A stretch of 62,861 bases of DNA, the filler included, from Lenisia limosa (lineage: Eukaryota; Protista; Breviatea), in NCBI GenBank assembly GCA_001655205.1. It is 12 parts of 12 records of this genome, joined end to end, with 100 filler letters (N's around TTAATTAATTAA, not from the genome) between each part and the next. Parts side by side here need not be neighbours in the genome. Positions count along the whole stretch, not along the records: positions 34,391 to 40,274 come from LPNZ01011008.1; positions 40,375 to 41,973 come from LPNZ01005465.1; positions 42,074 to 43,977 come from LPNZ01007211.1; positions 44,078 to 52,693 come from LPNZ01001782.1; 8 more parts are not named here. One strand, 5' to 3'. Of the stretch, positions 37,986 to 51,159 are shown one piece after another. The notes beneath the pieces were generated by a model. The model had not been told where the DNA came from. It did no database searches and saw nothing but the letters and a program-made list of their open reading frames with translations. Both the position numbers and the translations under genes were made by a program. Numbering within the stretch: the first letter of the stretch is position 1; each line of letters starts with the position of its first letter.

Positions 37986-39568
37986 GTATCCGATACATAT
38001 GATCTAGATGATTATAAATATTATTATAGTCCAGTATCTCTTATAATCGTGATGGTGTGACTCTGGCAAAATCTCTCAATATCATGCTAAAGTCTGTTTA
38101 TGATATCCCTTTGCATTTTTATGTTTTCCTAGATTGTATTTAACTCAAAAACTCTCAGACCTCCCCAGGAATATGGTATCTCACAACCCCAGGTATATGG
38201 TCACAAAAGGACGTTTTTTTGAAAAGCCAACTCTCGACGATTTAAAGGTATTATACCCCACTATAATATGTATATCATATAATGATGTGCATCACATGTA
38301 ATATAGCATAAACGTGATGGTGTGACGGCTTCGGCCAGATGCAATCTTGTTTTATTTCTCGTCACGATACCTATTCCCCTCAAGGTGGCTCTTAAAAACC
38401 GTCTGTAGTTGTAACTATCCTTTTTATTATTATTATTTTGTTCATAGAAATACTACTTTTTTTTTTTCTTTTTTTTTTGACTTTTTTTATATTGTTTAAC
38501 TACAGACAAAAAGAACCCATTTTAAGATGCGCACATCTCCTCCCTTCATTTCATGATACTTTCGTGCCCCCCCCCCCNNNNNNNNNNNNNNNNNNNNNNN
38601 NNNNNNNNNNNNNNNNNNNNNNNNNNNNNNNNNNNNNNNNNNNNNNNNNNNNNNNNNNNNNNNNNNNNNNNNNNNNNNNNNNNNNNNNNNNNNNNNNNNN
38701 NNNNNNNNNNNNNACCACTATTTCTTATTAATGTGATGGTGTGGACAACTTCAGCCAGATATCATGATCACTCTCTTTGAACGTGATGGTGTTTTGGCTG
38801 ATTTCCCCCATTATCTGACACTCTTTAGAGGTCCTTACAAAGCACAAGGAAGATATGTGAGGAAAAGAAATTGCGCAAAATTGGAATGCCTCGGATAGGT
38901 ATGCAAGGAAGGCACGTAGAAAGCTGTGGACAGAGTTGTACGGCAAATGATAGGATATTTTAAAATTCACTATCAGATGTGTGGACGGCTTTTGCTATGA
39001 TTTATATATATAATTACACATTATATGATAGTATGTTATATTTTTCCATGGGATCATGGGGCCACGCCAGCTTTATTTTACTGGGTGTTTTCTTGGCTCT
39101 TGCGTATAGTAAACCGCCGTTTGTTTTTATAATTTCCCTTGTTCTGCGTTCTTCAACAATGCTGCTCTGTATTATTTTAATTCAATGCACTTTGTTGATT
39201 ATCATTTTCTTGTGTTATTTGTATGTTCTTTTCCCCTGTTATTTTTTCTAACCATCAAGGCTGTGGACTTGATAAACTGGATTGGAAGGATGTCGAAAGG
39301 ACACTGAATGAGGTGTTCAAAGGATGCCCCATTACTATAATTATTTACACTTTTCGAAGATAATTTTTTTTTGTATGGTTTGACTGTTTTTTTTCTTTTC
39401 TAGAATGTTTTTTTTTGGTGCTAATAATGCATTTCATCTTTTTTATTATTTTATTATTATTGTCCCCCGTTTTTTCTGGATACAAATATGGGCATGGATG
39501 CCACAATTGGAATCTGTGTAACTACTATGTCTTTTTTGAGATTGTGTGATTGTAGAACAACAAGTATT

Positions 39569-39650
39569 GTCCCAAAAAACCGAATTCCCGGATAAATCCT
39601 CGATCAATATTGAAATTTCAACGATCTTTTTTGGACCGAAGGGAAGCCCT
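39569..39650. mobile_element. MITE family A variant copy
   Basis: GTCCCAAAAAACCGAATT..GATAAATCCTCGA..TTTTTTGGACCGAAGGGAAGCCCT. Confidence 0.6.
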
Positions 39651-40374
39651 CCTCATTATACAAAGAGTAGAAAAGTGCATCAAATACCCATCACAAAGAA
39701 ACAAAACCCCCCAAAAAACGTCCCAGTTTCACCACAGAAATCCCTAGTAAAACTACCCGAGGAAACTCGCAGGAATGAAGCCTGTTTTGCCCTTACAAAG
39801 GACCTTGATCCACCCGTCAGCGTCAACCTGGGGGGGGGGGGGGNNNNNNNNNNNNNNNNNNNNNNNNNNNNNNNNNNNNNNNNNNNNNNNNNNNNNNNNN
39901 NNNNNNNNNNNNNNNNNNNNNNNNNNNNNNNNNNNNNNNNNNNNNNNNNNNNNNNNNNNNNNNNNNNNNNNNGAAATTATATAAACAAAAACAAAAAACC
40001 CAAATCAACTCTGTTGGCTAACAACACACAAGAGTTGATAACAAAAAAACAATCAAAAAACGAAGGGAATTTCAATGAAGAAAATTGGCGTTAAGGTACT
40101 AATCCCGAACCAAATAATCTGAAACTCCAAACAAACAACAAACAAGCAATAAAAAACATGAGAAACCAACTCTAAAACTAGACAAAAACCAGATGAAAAA
40201 ACACAAAAACAAACAAGAATGAGGGAGGGAAGGGCCCACATAAGATAAGATTTGATATTTGATTCGAAATTCTCNNNNNNNNNNNNNNNNNNNNNNNNNN
40301 NNNNNNNNNNNNNNNNNNTTAATTAATTAANNNNNNNNNNNNNNNNNNNNNNNNNNNNNNNNNNNNNNNNNNNN

Positions 40375-41806
40375 AGTCGCAACTGGCAGGCTTTATCACG
40401 CCATCATCGTGGAGGCTCAGGGTGAGCTGTTAATTCTATTAATGCCATAACTTAGTATTATTACTGTTATTAATGCTATTATTGTTATGTTATTAATTAT
40501 ATTAATGTCAGTATTATGCTCTAATCGGAGTGCTACAAAAGCGACTGGGCTGGGCTTTGTTTTTTGTTGTTTTCAACCCTCGTGTGTTTCTAGCCAACAG
40601 AGTTGATTTGGGAGGATTTTTTCATACTATTTTTCCTAAATTCTTCCAATTTTAGTACCTTTACGCCAATATTCTTCATCGAAATTCCCTTCGTTTTACT
40701 GATTTGGTTTTTTTTTGTTAAAATTTCCAATTTTACTTCCCCCCTCCCCAGGAGGAGTACCCGCATTTGTGCGCATTAGAGGCGACGCACAACGCGCAAT
40801 TGTCAACTTAGACCCCCTGCGCCACCTTGACTTCGGCACCCGGGCTGTTGGCGAAGAGGTGGGAGGTCTTCTCGAGTATTAATACTAATAATATTTTTAT
40901 ACGTATGATCTGAAATATTACATCTGAATAATTATTCATATTTTATCGTCGTATAGTAATATATCATATGATAGATATCGATATGTATATCAGCTAGAAT
41001 ATTTCATATCATATGTATAAATTGTATAAGTGTACTCCCACATTTATACTCAACTCCAACTCCCTCACTCCCTCCATTTATCACCCCCCCCCCNNNNNNN
41101 NNNNNNNNNNNNNNNNNNNNNNNNNNNNNNNNNNNNNNNNNNNNNNNNNNNNNNNNNNNNNNNNNNNNNNNNNNNNNNNNNNNNNNNNNNNNNNNNNNNN
41201 NNNNNNNNNNNNNNNNNNNNNNNNNAGGCCGAGCCGACCTCCTTGATTGTGGGGGTTATCGATTTCTATGGCTTGTTATGGCACATCTCTATAAACTGTA
41301 GTATACCTATATATACCTATATATTATATTAACATCCCAGATTCCCCCTGGAGAAGAAAGATGTTTGCGATTCAGCTGGACCCCCGCCGGCGGTTTTGAC
41401 TTAAAAGCTTCAGTGGCATTCAAGTCCAAACTGTCCGTTTTTCAGGTGGGTTGGTTTATAAGGCTGTTTATATAGCTATTATATGGCTGTTTATATAGTA
41501 GAGGTATACTGGGGGGTTAATATGGTTGTTTTGGGGAGGGGTGACCCTTTCCTTTACTATTGTCACTATTTTAGTGTCATTTCTGTCACTATTTTAATAA
41601 TGATGGTTTTTTAGTATTTTGGCCTTTTTTTAACAAATTCACGATTTTTTAATGCTATTCTCTCCTTTTTTTGTATTTCTTTTATGTGATTTTCACCATC
41701 TTCTTAGGGCAAGGTCACCGGGAGTGGCGCTTATCCGAACATTGCCATTGCCCCCCCGTCTCACTCCTTCGGCGTCTGCGGTGTCAACAGCGTTAGAAGT
41801 TGCCAG
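40375..41806 (+). CDS. Hydin/CFAP47/CFAP65-like ASH (Ig-like) domain ciliary protein fragment
   Basis: Exons: VPAFVRIRGDAQRAIVNLDPLRHLDFGTRAVGEE; IPPGEERCLRFSWTPAGG; GKVTGSGAYPNIAIAPPSHSFGVCGVNS. The G-x-G..P...[LD]FG..VG and I-x-PG..F-x-P patterns recur in ASH repeats. Confidence 0.6.
40527..40750. repeat. Long family D copy whose C-rich end forms the 3' splice site of the next exon
   Basis: GTGCTACAAAAGCGACTGGGCTGGGCTTTG...AAATTTCCAATTTTACTTCCCCCCTCCCCAG|GAGG. Confidence 0.8.
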
Positions 41807-41822
41807 GTAGGGGAAGGGGGGA

Positions 41823-41904
41823 TGCAGTGACTGCGATAAGTCTTGACCGATTTGCTATGTGATTTCCCAAGGAAAATCGGTCAAGACTTATCCAGGTCAC
41901 TGCA
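41823..41904. mobile_element. MITE family B copy
   Basis: TGCAGTGACTGCGATAAGTCTTGACCGATTT...AAATCGGTCAAGACTTATCCAGGTCACTGCA; long inverted repeat. Confidence 0.85.
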
Positions 41905-42559
41905 TATACAATCATAGACATATCATATGATCTACTATTCTCCCGTACGCTGGAGTGATAGGATGCGGTGCTGNNNNNNNNNNNNNNNNNNNNNNNNNNN
42001 NNNNNNNNNNNNNNNNNTTAATTAATTAANNNNNNNNNNNNNNNNNNNNNNNNNNNNNNNNNNNNNNNNNNNNGATGCAGGGGGAATCAGATAGCGAAGG
42101 CATTGGTGGAATAGAACAGCGACAGTGTGCGGTGTTCTATGGGTGATCAGAGGAGTACTTAATAAAACTGCAAATATGCAAGTATTTTCTTATTGTACAT
42201 TGTACATACACACACAATGTACATTAATGATATTCTTGTTTCAAATAGTGGCCATTCAACTTATACAGAGGACATGATATGACATGCTAAGAATACGAGT
42301 ATTGAACAAGCTCGTATCCCAAACACCCAGAAGAGCCCCCCCCCCCCCNNNNNNNNNNNNNNNNNNNNNNNNNNNNNNNNNNNNNNNNNNNNNNNNNNNN
42401 NNNNNNNNNNNNNNNNNNNNNNNNNNNNNNNNNNNNNNNNNNNNNNNNNNNNNNNNNNNNNNNNNNNNNNNNNNNNNNNNNNNNNNNNNNNNNNNNNNNN
42501 NNNNNNNNNNNNNNNNNNNNNNNNNNNNNNNNNNNNNNNNGCAGCCTCCCCAGCATACA

Positions 42560-43977
42560 TAGCGACATGTCGAGATGAGACGTGACAGAGTGCTCTAATG
42601 GAAGCAGTGTGTCGAGTATCAACCTGGAGGTAGCAGTGACAACTATCACAAGGACATTCTTGGTGTTTTTTTTAAAAAAAAGGTCAAGAATAGAACACGC
42701 CCTGTACCTGTGTGATAGGGACACCTCGAGAGGCAAGCTCATGCGAACATACTGGTGATAGTGAGGAAAGAGAGTAAAAAAGGGTTCAAGAAGGTAAATA
42801 TAAACAATAAGAAAACGATAAAAAGGGCAAATGCCTGAAGCGAAAAAGCTGATTGGTCAACATGCGCCCCAAACACACCAGTGTAAAGAATTGTATTCCA
42901 GAGTAGCGGAACTGAAAGAACATCGTTTCCAGCTGAGTTCTCCAAATGACTGAGGGAAAGTTCAGGCGAGAATGGCGGGGGGTCAAGCTGGAGGGCTACC
43001 ATTGAACTCTGCAACTGTGAATTGTTTTTCTTTCAAGAAAATTGTAAAATAAAATCTTGGCAAAACAAATAAACACATAGACATAACTATTATGTAGAAG
43101 GGGAAATAGTAAAAACAAAAAGTTGATTTCAACGATATTTCACATGTTTTTCACGACCCCTCTCCCCCCGCTGACCAAGTCACTCACAGCCTTTTCAATT
43201 GGAGACAGCGAAGGAGTCAAGGGGGTGGGGATGGTAGTAGGCATGTATTCCAATGCTGCAGTTGTCAACGAAATGTTAAGTAAATAAACAGGCAGGGCTC
43301 CGTGCAATTAATTGTTTGAAGAAATTGACAAAATAGAAATTAAAGTGTCTGAAATGGGGTTCTCGTTACACTACGTCCCACTTCAAAATTTGCAAATAAT
43401 TTTTCAATTAATTGCACGGAGCCCTAAAAATAAGCCAATGTTTTATCTGATCCTCTTCTCACAGCATAAATGTCTGACCCCAACCAATTCCCATGTTATC
43501 ATTATAAATAAGCCCCCCACTATGAGCGACAGATTCGGCCCATTCCACCGGGGATAGAGACACCGGTCGAACACTGCGGATTGTCAGGGGAATATGAGGG
43601 AGATTTGAGCGGAAGAGGGAGGGGGGGCTACGACGGATTTTCAAACGATAATTTACGGACAAATATAAATAGTTTTCGCGGATATTCTTGGAATATGTTA
43701 TTAGCAGGGCTTCCCAACGGTCCCAAAAAAAACTGAATTTCTCGAAAAAACCTTGACAAACATCGATATTTTACTGGTCTTTTTCGGACCGTCAGGAAGC
43801 ATTAGTTATGAGTCAATACTCCCTCGCCCCCACTATTGGTCGGTGGTCCGATGGGGACGATTGAAAGGGTCGGCCGATTCAGAGACCAAGGGGACAACCG
43901 TGTTGCACATTCTCTTGCAGGCCGGACAGGTAAACTCCGAACCAAGCCACATGGCAGTGAACTGGCTGGGGTCTTGC
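42560..43977 (-). CDS. UBR-family (N-recognin) E3 ubiquitin ligase fragment: end of RING-H2 plus following helices
   Basis: GSEFTCPACKRMCNTVVPL matches the UBR1-3 E[FY]-x-CP-x-C-xxx-[CS]-N-xx-[IV]-P motif; downstream exon SVPLLWNTILYT fits the post-RING region. Confidence 0.7.
43705..43800. mobile_element. MITE family A variant copy in a UBR intron
   Basis: CAGGGCTTCCCAACGGTCCCAAAA...TTTTCGGACCGTCAGGAAGC. Confidence 0.75.
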
Positions 43978-44208
43978 NNNNNNNNNNNNNNNNNNNNNNN
44001 NNNNNNNNNNNNNNNNNNNNNTTAATTAATTAANNNNNNNNNNNNNNNNNNNNNNNNNNNNNNNNNNNNNNNNNNNNTCACGCTTATAAGAGATGTTGGA
44101 TAATAGTATAATATTTATTCACCCAAGAGAGAGGAGAATGTCGATATTGGGTATCATGGTTTAACAGGAGAAATGGCTCAGGGAACCCAGATATTTTTAC
44201 ACGCTTAC

Positions 44209-44641
44209 GTCAGCCGTTCTCTCCACAATGGTCAGCGCAAAAGGCGTCTCTTCATTGGCTTCATTGAGAGGAATATCCTTCGTGACAACACTGCCGAAGC
44301 GGACCTCACAGTTCGCGGAAGTGCAGAACGCTTTCGCCACTGTTCCTCGTATTCTGTCTATAGCTACGAGTCCAAGATTTGATTCACCAAGCAATGATGT
44401 CTTTGGGGAAATGTTGGATGCTTGATCAACAAGCTTGAGCCTGACATGGGTTGAATCTTCATATGCAACGTAGAAATCGTCCATGATGAGTTCCTTTGAC
44501 GCTTCAAGAAATTCATTATTGATTCTATCCACTAAAAGATCAGAAGAAGACCGAGGGGGGTTAACACTTACAAGTTACAGGGGTAGTTCCAAGGCCGGTG
44601 TAGATAAGGGCAAACAGCGCTAACCATCGCCATATTATCAT
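44209..44641 (-). CDS. Secreted protein with a vWA-like segment, 5' fragment
   Basis: Exon 1 MIIWRWLALFALIYTGLGTTPVT (signal-like), GTAAGT intron, then exon 2 containing VDQASNI..CEVRFGSVVTKDIP (like the vWA strand VRFG-x-V-x-Y-x-D-x-P; MIDAS degenerate). Confidence 0.45.
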
Positions 44642-45177
44642 TGTGTTCTATTATTCTTCCTGTTGTTTATTTCTCCATTTGACGCGAATTGCAAAAAAAT
44701 CAAAATTATTTTGTACCCACGATCTATGATCGGATATTTCTAATGAGTTGATCTGCTTCTGGCTTCTTATCATCGACTCATCGAACTTGGTAGGTATATA
44801 GTTAGTTGGTAGTAGGTAATGTGTATCGCAAACCTGAGAGTCTGACAGTCTGACACTGGTCTGACCGATTCAACAGCGGGGAACATGTTTATATTTTATC
44901 TTTTGATTCACTGCTCATGTCTTACATTAATTCTACCTATGCCCCCGTTTCACCATTTATTAGTTTCAGAGCTGTTCTTTCTTTACTTTCTTTATGTTAA
45001 TCCGTTGAAAAATAAACTCTCACATTTTACCAATCATTCTCAAAAAAAGACAAACGATTTGAAAACGACTAAGGCACCACGTGAACCCGCACCACTTTTA
45101 TATAATACAAGAATTTACATTAAACCTACAACACTGCTTCAGGTAACACACTTTACCATTTCACTAAACGAGTCAAT

Positions 45178-45389
45178 CCAAGAAATGTCTTAAAAAGAAA
45201 GAAAACATGTACCCAGATATCCTAGAAATGTCTTAAAAAGAAAGAAAACATGTACCTAGATACCCAAGAAATGTCTTAAAAAGAAAGAAAACATGTACCC
45301 AGATATCCAAGAAATGTCTTAAAAAGAAAGAAAACATGTACCTAGATACCCAAGAAATGTCCCAAAAAGAAAGAACATGTACCTAGATA
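45178..45389. repeat. 43-bp minisatellite, ~5 units, alternating variants
   Basis: CCAAGAAATGTCTTAAAAAGAAAGAAAACATGTACC[C/T]AGATA[T/C]; head-to-tail, no spacers. Confidence 0.92.
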
Positions 45390-45555
45390 AAAAAAAGAAG
45401 TCTACTTTTTTGTTTCATAAATTTTCAAATTTCAGTCCCTCCCCACCAACTTTTCTTCGTCCACTTCGAAGATACGATGTCAGCTCCACGATTTCCAATA
45501 ATCGAGGACCAAGTTCGGTGAGTTTTGTCAGGATCTGGATATAGGTCAACTTTGC

Positions 45556-45697
45556 TGGGGAGGCACGCAGAAAGCTGTGCATAGAGTTGTAAGGCAAATG
45601 ATTGGTGAATTAATATCATACTATAATCCAATATCTCTTATAAGCGTGATGGTATGGACGGCTTCGGCCAGATACATCCTTATTTTCCACTTCTCAT
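45556..45697. repeat. Family C copy (reverse orientation, near full length)
   Basis: GGGGAGGCACGCAGAAAGCTGTG...TCTCTTATAAGCGTGATGGTATGGACGGCTTCGGCCAGATAC..TTCTCATT. Confidence 0.85.
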
Positions 45698-45838
45698 TAC
45701 TATATACATATATATATATGTAGGTTTTGTGGCTAGGTTTGCAAGAATCTAATCCTTCTCATTTACCAAGACATAGAATCCAATCCTCCTCATTTTTTAC
45801 CACGACAATTTGGTGAGCTCAATCTGCATCATTCTCCC

Positions 45839-45936
45839 TAGGGCTTCCCTACGGTCCCAAAAAGACGGAACTTCTCGATAAATCCTTGAATAAATTTGAT
45901 ATTTTACTGGATTTTTTCGGACTGTAGGGAGCCCTA
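45839..45936. mobile_element. MITE family A variant with 8-bp TSD (hAT-like)
   Basis: TAGGGCTTCCCTACGGTCC...GGACTGTAGGGAGCCCTA flanked by ATTCTCCC / ATTCTTCC (7/8). Confidence 0.9.
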
Positions 45937-45944
45937 ATTCTTCC

Positions 45945-48350
45945 ACACACCCACTTCTTCAGCTGACGGACGGGAGAAATGATGTCCCAAGCACGGCGTG
46001 ATGATGTCACCAAGTTCCTTCGATTCTTGAGGGAATTTGAATTCGTATTCAACCCTACATAATCAGGTCTGGTTAGACATAACAAACACAGAGACGATAA
46101 TTGAGTGATCCCACTCCCACTTTGAAGTTGAGCGAATGCCACATTGAGTTGTGATAAGCTACACCAAGTAAAACAGCTGAAAATAAGGAACTAGCTAAAA
46201 GAGAGGGCCATCTCCCACTCTGGGTGGCTTCCCTCATGACATTCCTTAATAAACTAATCTGGGAATAACACAGTGCCCCAAAAGGCCCAATTCATATATA
46301 CTTTTCGCATATGCGAAGTCCATTATGCGAACAGTGTGGATCCCTAGTCTTAACTTATGTTTGTAAAGTCAAACAATGGCTGAATAAGTTCAGGAACCCT
46401 CCTCACTTGGAAGGTAATTACAGCAGCAGCGTAAACATCAACAGCCCTCGGGTCAATTAAGGTAGGGTCCCCGTTAGCCGAGTGCCTCACTTCTGGAGCA
46501 CTGCAGCAGTCATATTAGCGGTATATTTACATTAGTTGCATTATTCTGCTTAATTGTGCTGAGCTTACAGGGTTTCTCTCGATCCGTGATTGTTCTGAAA
46601 GGTCACCTTTTCCCCTACCTTTAAGAGTGAGATTAACAGCGAAACAACCCCAATGGTAATTTGTTAATGGTATCCCTATGTATTTATTTGTTTCCCTAGA
46701 TTTCTTATGTATATATTATTTCTCTTGTTCAAAAAAAAAAATCCAGGCACATAATGAGCCCCCCCCCCNNNNNNNNNNNNNNNNNNNNNNNNNNNNNNNN
46801 NNNNNNNNNNNNNNNNNNNNNNNNNNNNNNNNNNNNAAATTAGATACACAAATAACTAGAGTGCCGTGCAATTAAATACCGGCCAATTAAATTGCGCCAT
46901 CTTTCTCCAAACCAATCAATTGGGATTTTAAAAATGACAACAGTACGATTGAAAATACCTACTTTGGGTTGTTTGACGATTTGTATTATTTCAAAAAACA
47001 AAAAAAAAACGGGGCTTCAAGGATCAGTTTTAATAACAAAGATTGTGCTCAGCAAAAAATACGGATTTATATAAATAAATTAATTAATTGAGTATTGGTA
47101 ATTAATTGCAGAGATGAAAAAAAAAAGTTGAAATGAATTGCACGGCACCCTACAAATAAATAACCTTTGATGAAATTTCATGTATTAAGACATCAGTGTA
47201 GAACCCGGAATTACATCTTTTCACACCTTCCATTTTTAGTAATACTTATACTATATGCATATATTGGACAACATTTCTGTTTATTCTGATCCAAAACACC
47301 AACCTGGGACTCCAAATGTTTTCTGAATTCAGCTCGAGGGGACTCAAGAAAAAAGTGCGAATGTGTAAAATCGATAAGCTGCAATGATTAAACCCAAAAA
47401 TAGTATGGTGACATTAATTCAATGAATTACAGAAAAGAAAAAAGAAAAGGAGTCGTGGGGGGGGGGGCAAGGGCAAAGAAATAATTATTTCTGTACATCT
47501 TTTAGAAAAACAAACAAGCGCACCTTGACTTGGCCAAGCGGATTGATCAGGACATTCTTTTGCTTGAGGTCTAAATGGGCAACCCCACACTCGTGTAGCC
47601 TGGGTTATTTAGTATTCAACACAATGTATGGCTGCCCTGAATAGACAATTGTCTTTTGATTTCACAGTTTCGAGGTTATGTAACTGATAACATGTACTCT
47701 CAAAATAGGTGTATGATGTACCTTATTTTGAATTTCTCGTATTCCTCTAAAAGCTTCTTATACCAAATGATTATTATGGAGATTGCTAATCTGGTATATT
47801 ATTTGGGAACCGGGATTGCAGTGTCAGGAGGACAACCATGTCAGACGGTTGTGTTTGGGGCTTGAAAAACTCAGAACACCTACCTTTCATGGAGCCCTAT
47901 TGTATATTGAAGAAACATAAGATCCTAGTTTAGGAATTTATATGGGATGAGGAGGGTGGGGCTCAAAAAATTTCAAAAAGAGGAATTGTGATTGTATTTT
48001 GTGAATCAAATATCTGATGAACTGAACTAGTCTCTTAACATAGTTACGATATTACAAATAAATACTCTTTGTTTTTTTTGTTTTTTTAATTTACGTTCCT
48101 CTTTTACTGAAATAAAACTATCATTAAACACACTACTGCATTTAAGATTCTTTTTTTGCTCTAGAAAAATACCAGCTGTGTATCTAGCAACTGCTGATCA
48201 AAAACTCCCCAATCAAGACCAAAACTCAAACCTCTCTCGAATCCCCGATTAAAAAAAAAAACATGAATATGAAGAACCAACTTTTCAATTGCTCTCCACA
48301 ATCCGAGGATGGAAGAAAATACCATGACTGAAGTTGAGGTGTACGTTCTA
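45945..48350 (-). CDS. Ser/Thr protein kinase domain (multi-exon)
   Basis: LHECGVAHLDLKQKNVLINPLGQVK (VIb), APEVRH..AVDVYAAAVITFQ (VIII-IX), KELGDIITPCLGHHFSRPSAEEV (XI). Confidence 0.8.
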
Positions 48351-49342
48351 CAATGATAAGAAAATGATGGTGTGGACTGCTTCGGCCAGATACAACCTTA
48401 TTTTTAATTTCTCATTGCCTTAGACACATGTATATTAAGAAAATCGAAGCTTGATAAAGCAGGAGAAGAAAGTACAGAGAGGCACATTGCTACGACCCCC
48501 CCCCCCACTTTCTCTGAGAAGTGCTGGTAGAGTTCAATTCATTGAGGCCATTTTGCAGAATCAGCCCAGTAATTTCATTTTCCTTGCCAATCATCTGAAA
48601 AAGGTTAGTACTCAAACGTGTTTCCGGGATAAAATGTATTCACATGAAATGTCCCATTGAATGACTATCATCAGTCAACCTGGGGTCATAGACTCATGGT
48701 ACACTTCGACCAGTCAAACACAATTTCTCAATAATCCATGAGCAATATCGATATTCAACCAGCTCTTTTTGGACCATAGAAAAACCCTCATTTGGTACCA
48801 CACCATTGCATCCATCGTGACGAAATAGGGACTCAGTGTCAAATTGAGAACCCTAAAAATGTAAAATGCCAAATAGTAAAGATAAAAAATCCGAACCGCT
48901 CGGCCAAAAAAAGAATCCTTAGGAAGGGAGGAATTCATACAGTATAAATTTTGCTTTGGCAGCCTCCCCACCTGTAACAATACGCTTCAGTGATTCGCCG
49001 GAGCTTTGAACACTTATCGACATAGATCTTTGCAATGCAGGGACGATCGTATACCATATTCTTCTCTTTTCCAGGACACTACACATGTTAAGAGCATCTT
49101 AGGGGGAAAAGGAAAAGAATGACCTCCAACACCTATAAGAATGAAGAGCTAAAAGATACCTCGTCTTTTCCCCCAAAAATCTCTTGCGTTAAACAAAAGG
49201 CTTATCCCACCATGACTTTTCTATCTAAGGCCGCTTTGAGGACTTGGCGCCAAATGGTGGGCGTCACCTTTTGCTGTATCAAGTATTGGCGTGCCTGTTG
49301 TGATTAGTAAAAGTACGTATGCATTGCTCATTAAAGTTCAGT

Positions 49343-50833
49343 TCAGCAATTGTTCTCAGTGCTGCGAGAAATACAGCATATCACCTCGGGTAAATACATG
49401 TTTGGATTCTCAGACTGTACCCCCACCCTCCATACACGGATACAATCACGGGATTCAATCAGACCCATTAGTTCATTAATACACGCTTCAGCAGTCTGGG
49501 TTAAATAAATGGTGCAAGAATCAATACTCAACAACATTATAGTATGTAGAACAACAACTTCAAATGCCACATCCACAGGCTTTGGTGAAACAATATTCCC
49601 TATCTTACCACTACTCTCACTTGCTTCGCTCCACGTCCTACATTGATTAGCATGGAAAACAAGAGAGAGATTCAAGATTCCAGCATACTAGAGGGCGAGT
49701 GCGGTGAATACTTCGTGTTAAGAGATAGTGACGACTTGAGGGGTTTCGTCTGTACGGGAGGTATGGGCGAGGGGGACTTGTTTTTCAAAACCGGCTTTGT
49801 GGTGGAGAGAGATAGGCGTAAAGTAAAGTTCTTTGGAACCGCTTCCGGTATCAGGGTTGGCTGGATGAAGCTCGGAACTGATGAACGCTTCTTTGACTTG
49901 CTCAAAGTAACAGTCTCTGAGAGGTGTGAATAAATGCTGATATTATAGTTCTAAAAAAGAAAATATCCATATTTATTAAGAAAATTTCGGAATTTGACTT
50001 TCCAGAAACTAAATAAGAAAAAAACACAATCTCTGTTTTTTCTTACCAATTGGGATTCTTGGAGCATGTAACACATCAAGAGAGAAGGTCTTTTCTGAGA
50101 AATTTGAGATTTGACAGAAGTTCTTTGAAACTTGGGTGGTGAGTTGTGCTTCTTCCATAGTGTGCGCGGGACGCTTGAGACTCGCAGTGACATGTTGGCC
50201 TTGTGAAAAGCCAGATAGGGGGGTTGAAGAAATATTGGGGTGGAGCTGATCGGGGTGCAATAGTGCTGCTCTCTGTGCCCTTGTGCGAACAGGGGACTTG
50301 GCGCGTCTCGCTGGCCTGGCAGCAATACTGGTAATTGTGGCAGAAGTAACACAGGACGGTACAGGGTCAGGCGGGGGCTTCTTGACATGGGTGATCTGTG
50401 AGACAGCTGGTTTGGCAACAGGCTGATTTGGCTTAGATGAAGTAACTGCGGACATTGAAGGAAACAGGGCACAAAGCGGACTTTTTGATGTAGTGAGAGC
50501 TAGAGGACTATTTGATGAAGGGGAAGAGACGCTTGGAGCATTGAAAACCTTGACTGACTGCGAAACAGTGGGAAGTACAAGCGATGGGGAAGAGTCTACT
50601 GAAGAACTTTGGTGGATGACCGGAGTTGGGGACTTGAAAGTAGTTGCAAGCTTGTTCGGAGTTGGAGGATTAGTCAGAGTTGGAGTTGGAGGCTTGGTCG
50701 GAGTTGGAGATTTGGTCGGTGTGGCAAGTTTAGTTGGAGGATTGATGAGAGTGGCAAGCTTAGTGGGAATTTGAGGATTGATGGGAGTTGGAGGCTTGGA
50801 GGGAGTTAGTTGCAGTTGTGGATCCGGAATCAA
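49343..50833 (-). CDS. Pro/Thr/Ser-rich low-complexity coding region, probably the N-terminal part of the kinase gene
   Basis: ORFs 50009-50833 (PTKLAT/PTP repeats), 49672-49905 and 49343-49675 lie on the same strand as, and upstream of, the kinase exons. Confidence 0.55.
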
Positions 50834-51159
50834 GGTAAGTGTTGTTAATGTGTTCTCCGGTTTGCGTTTCTAAAGTGTTACTTACAGATTAAAAAAAGTT
50901 TTAAATGCAGAAGTGTGTTTAACAACGGTTTTATTTCAGAAATAACACAAAGGTTGCGTAGAAACAAAACGACAAGAAATAAGGTTTACCTTTATTTCGA
51001 AAACAATCAATTCACGGACTATCTAAGTCACCATGTTTTGATTTCTACTACATTCACTTTTGAGCCTCTATCGTCAAATTTTTGAGCCCCTCCCTCCGCA
51101 TTCCCTAACTTGTTTTTAGCTTTTTATGAGATATAAATAGACAATAGGGCTCCACGGGG

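Noticed and set aside
45178-45389. Possible CRISPR array
   Set aside because: The units are head-to-tail with no unique spacers, there are no cas genes, and the context is eukaryotic.
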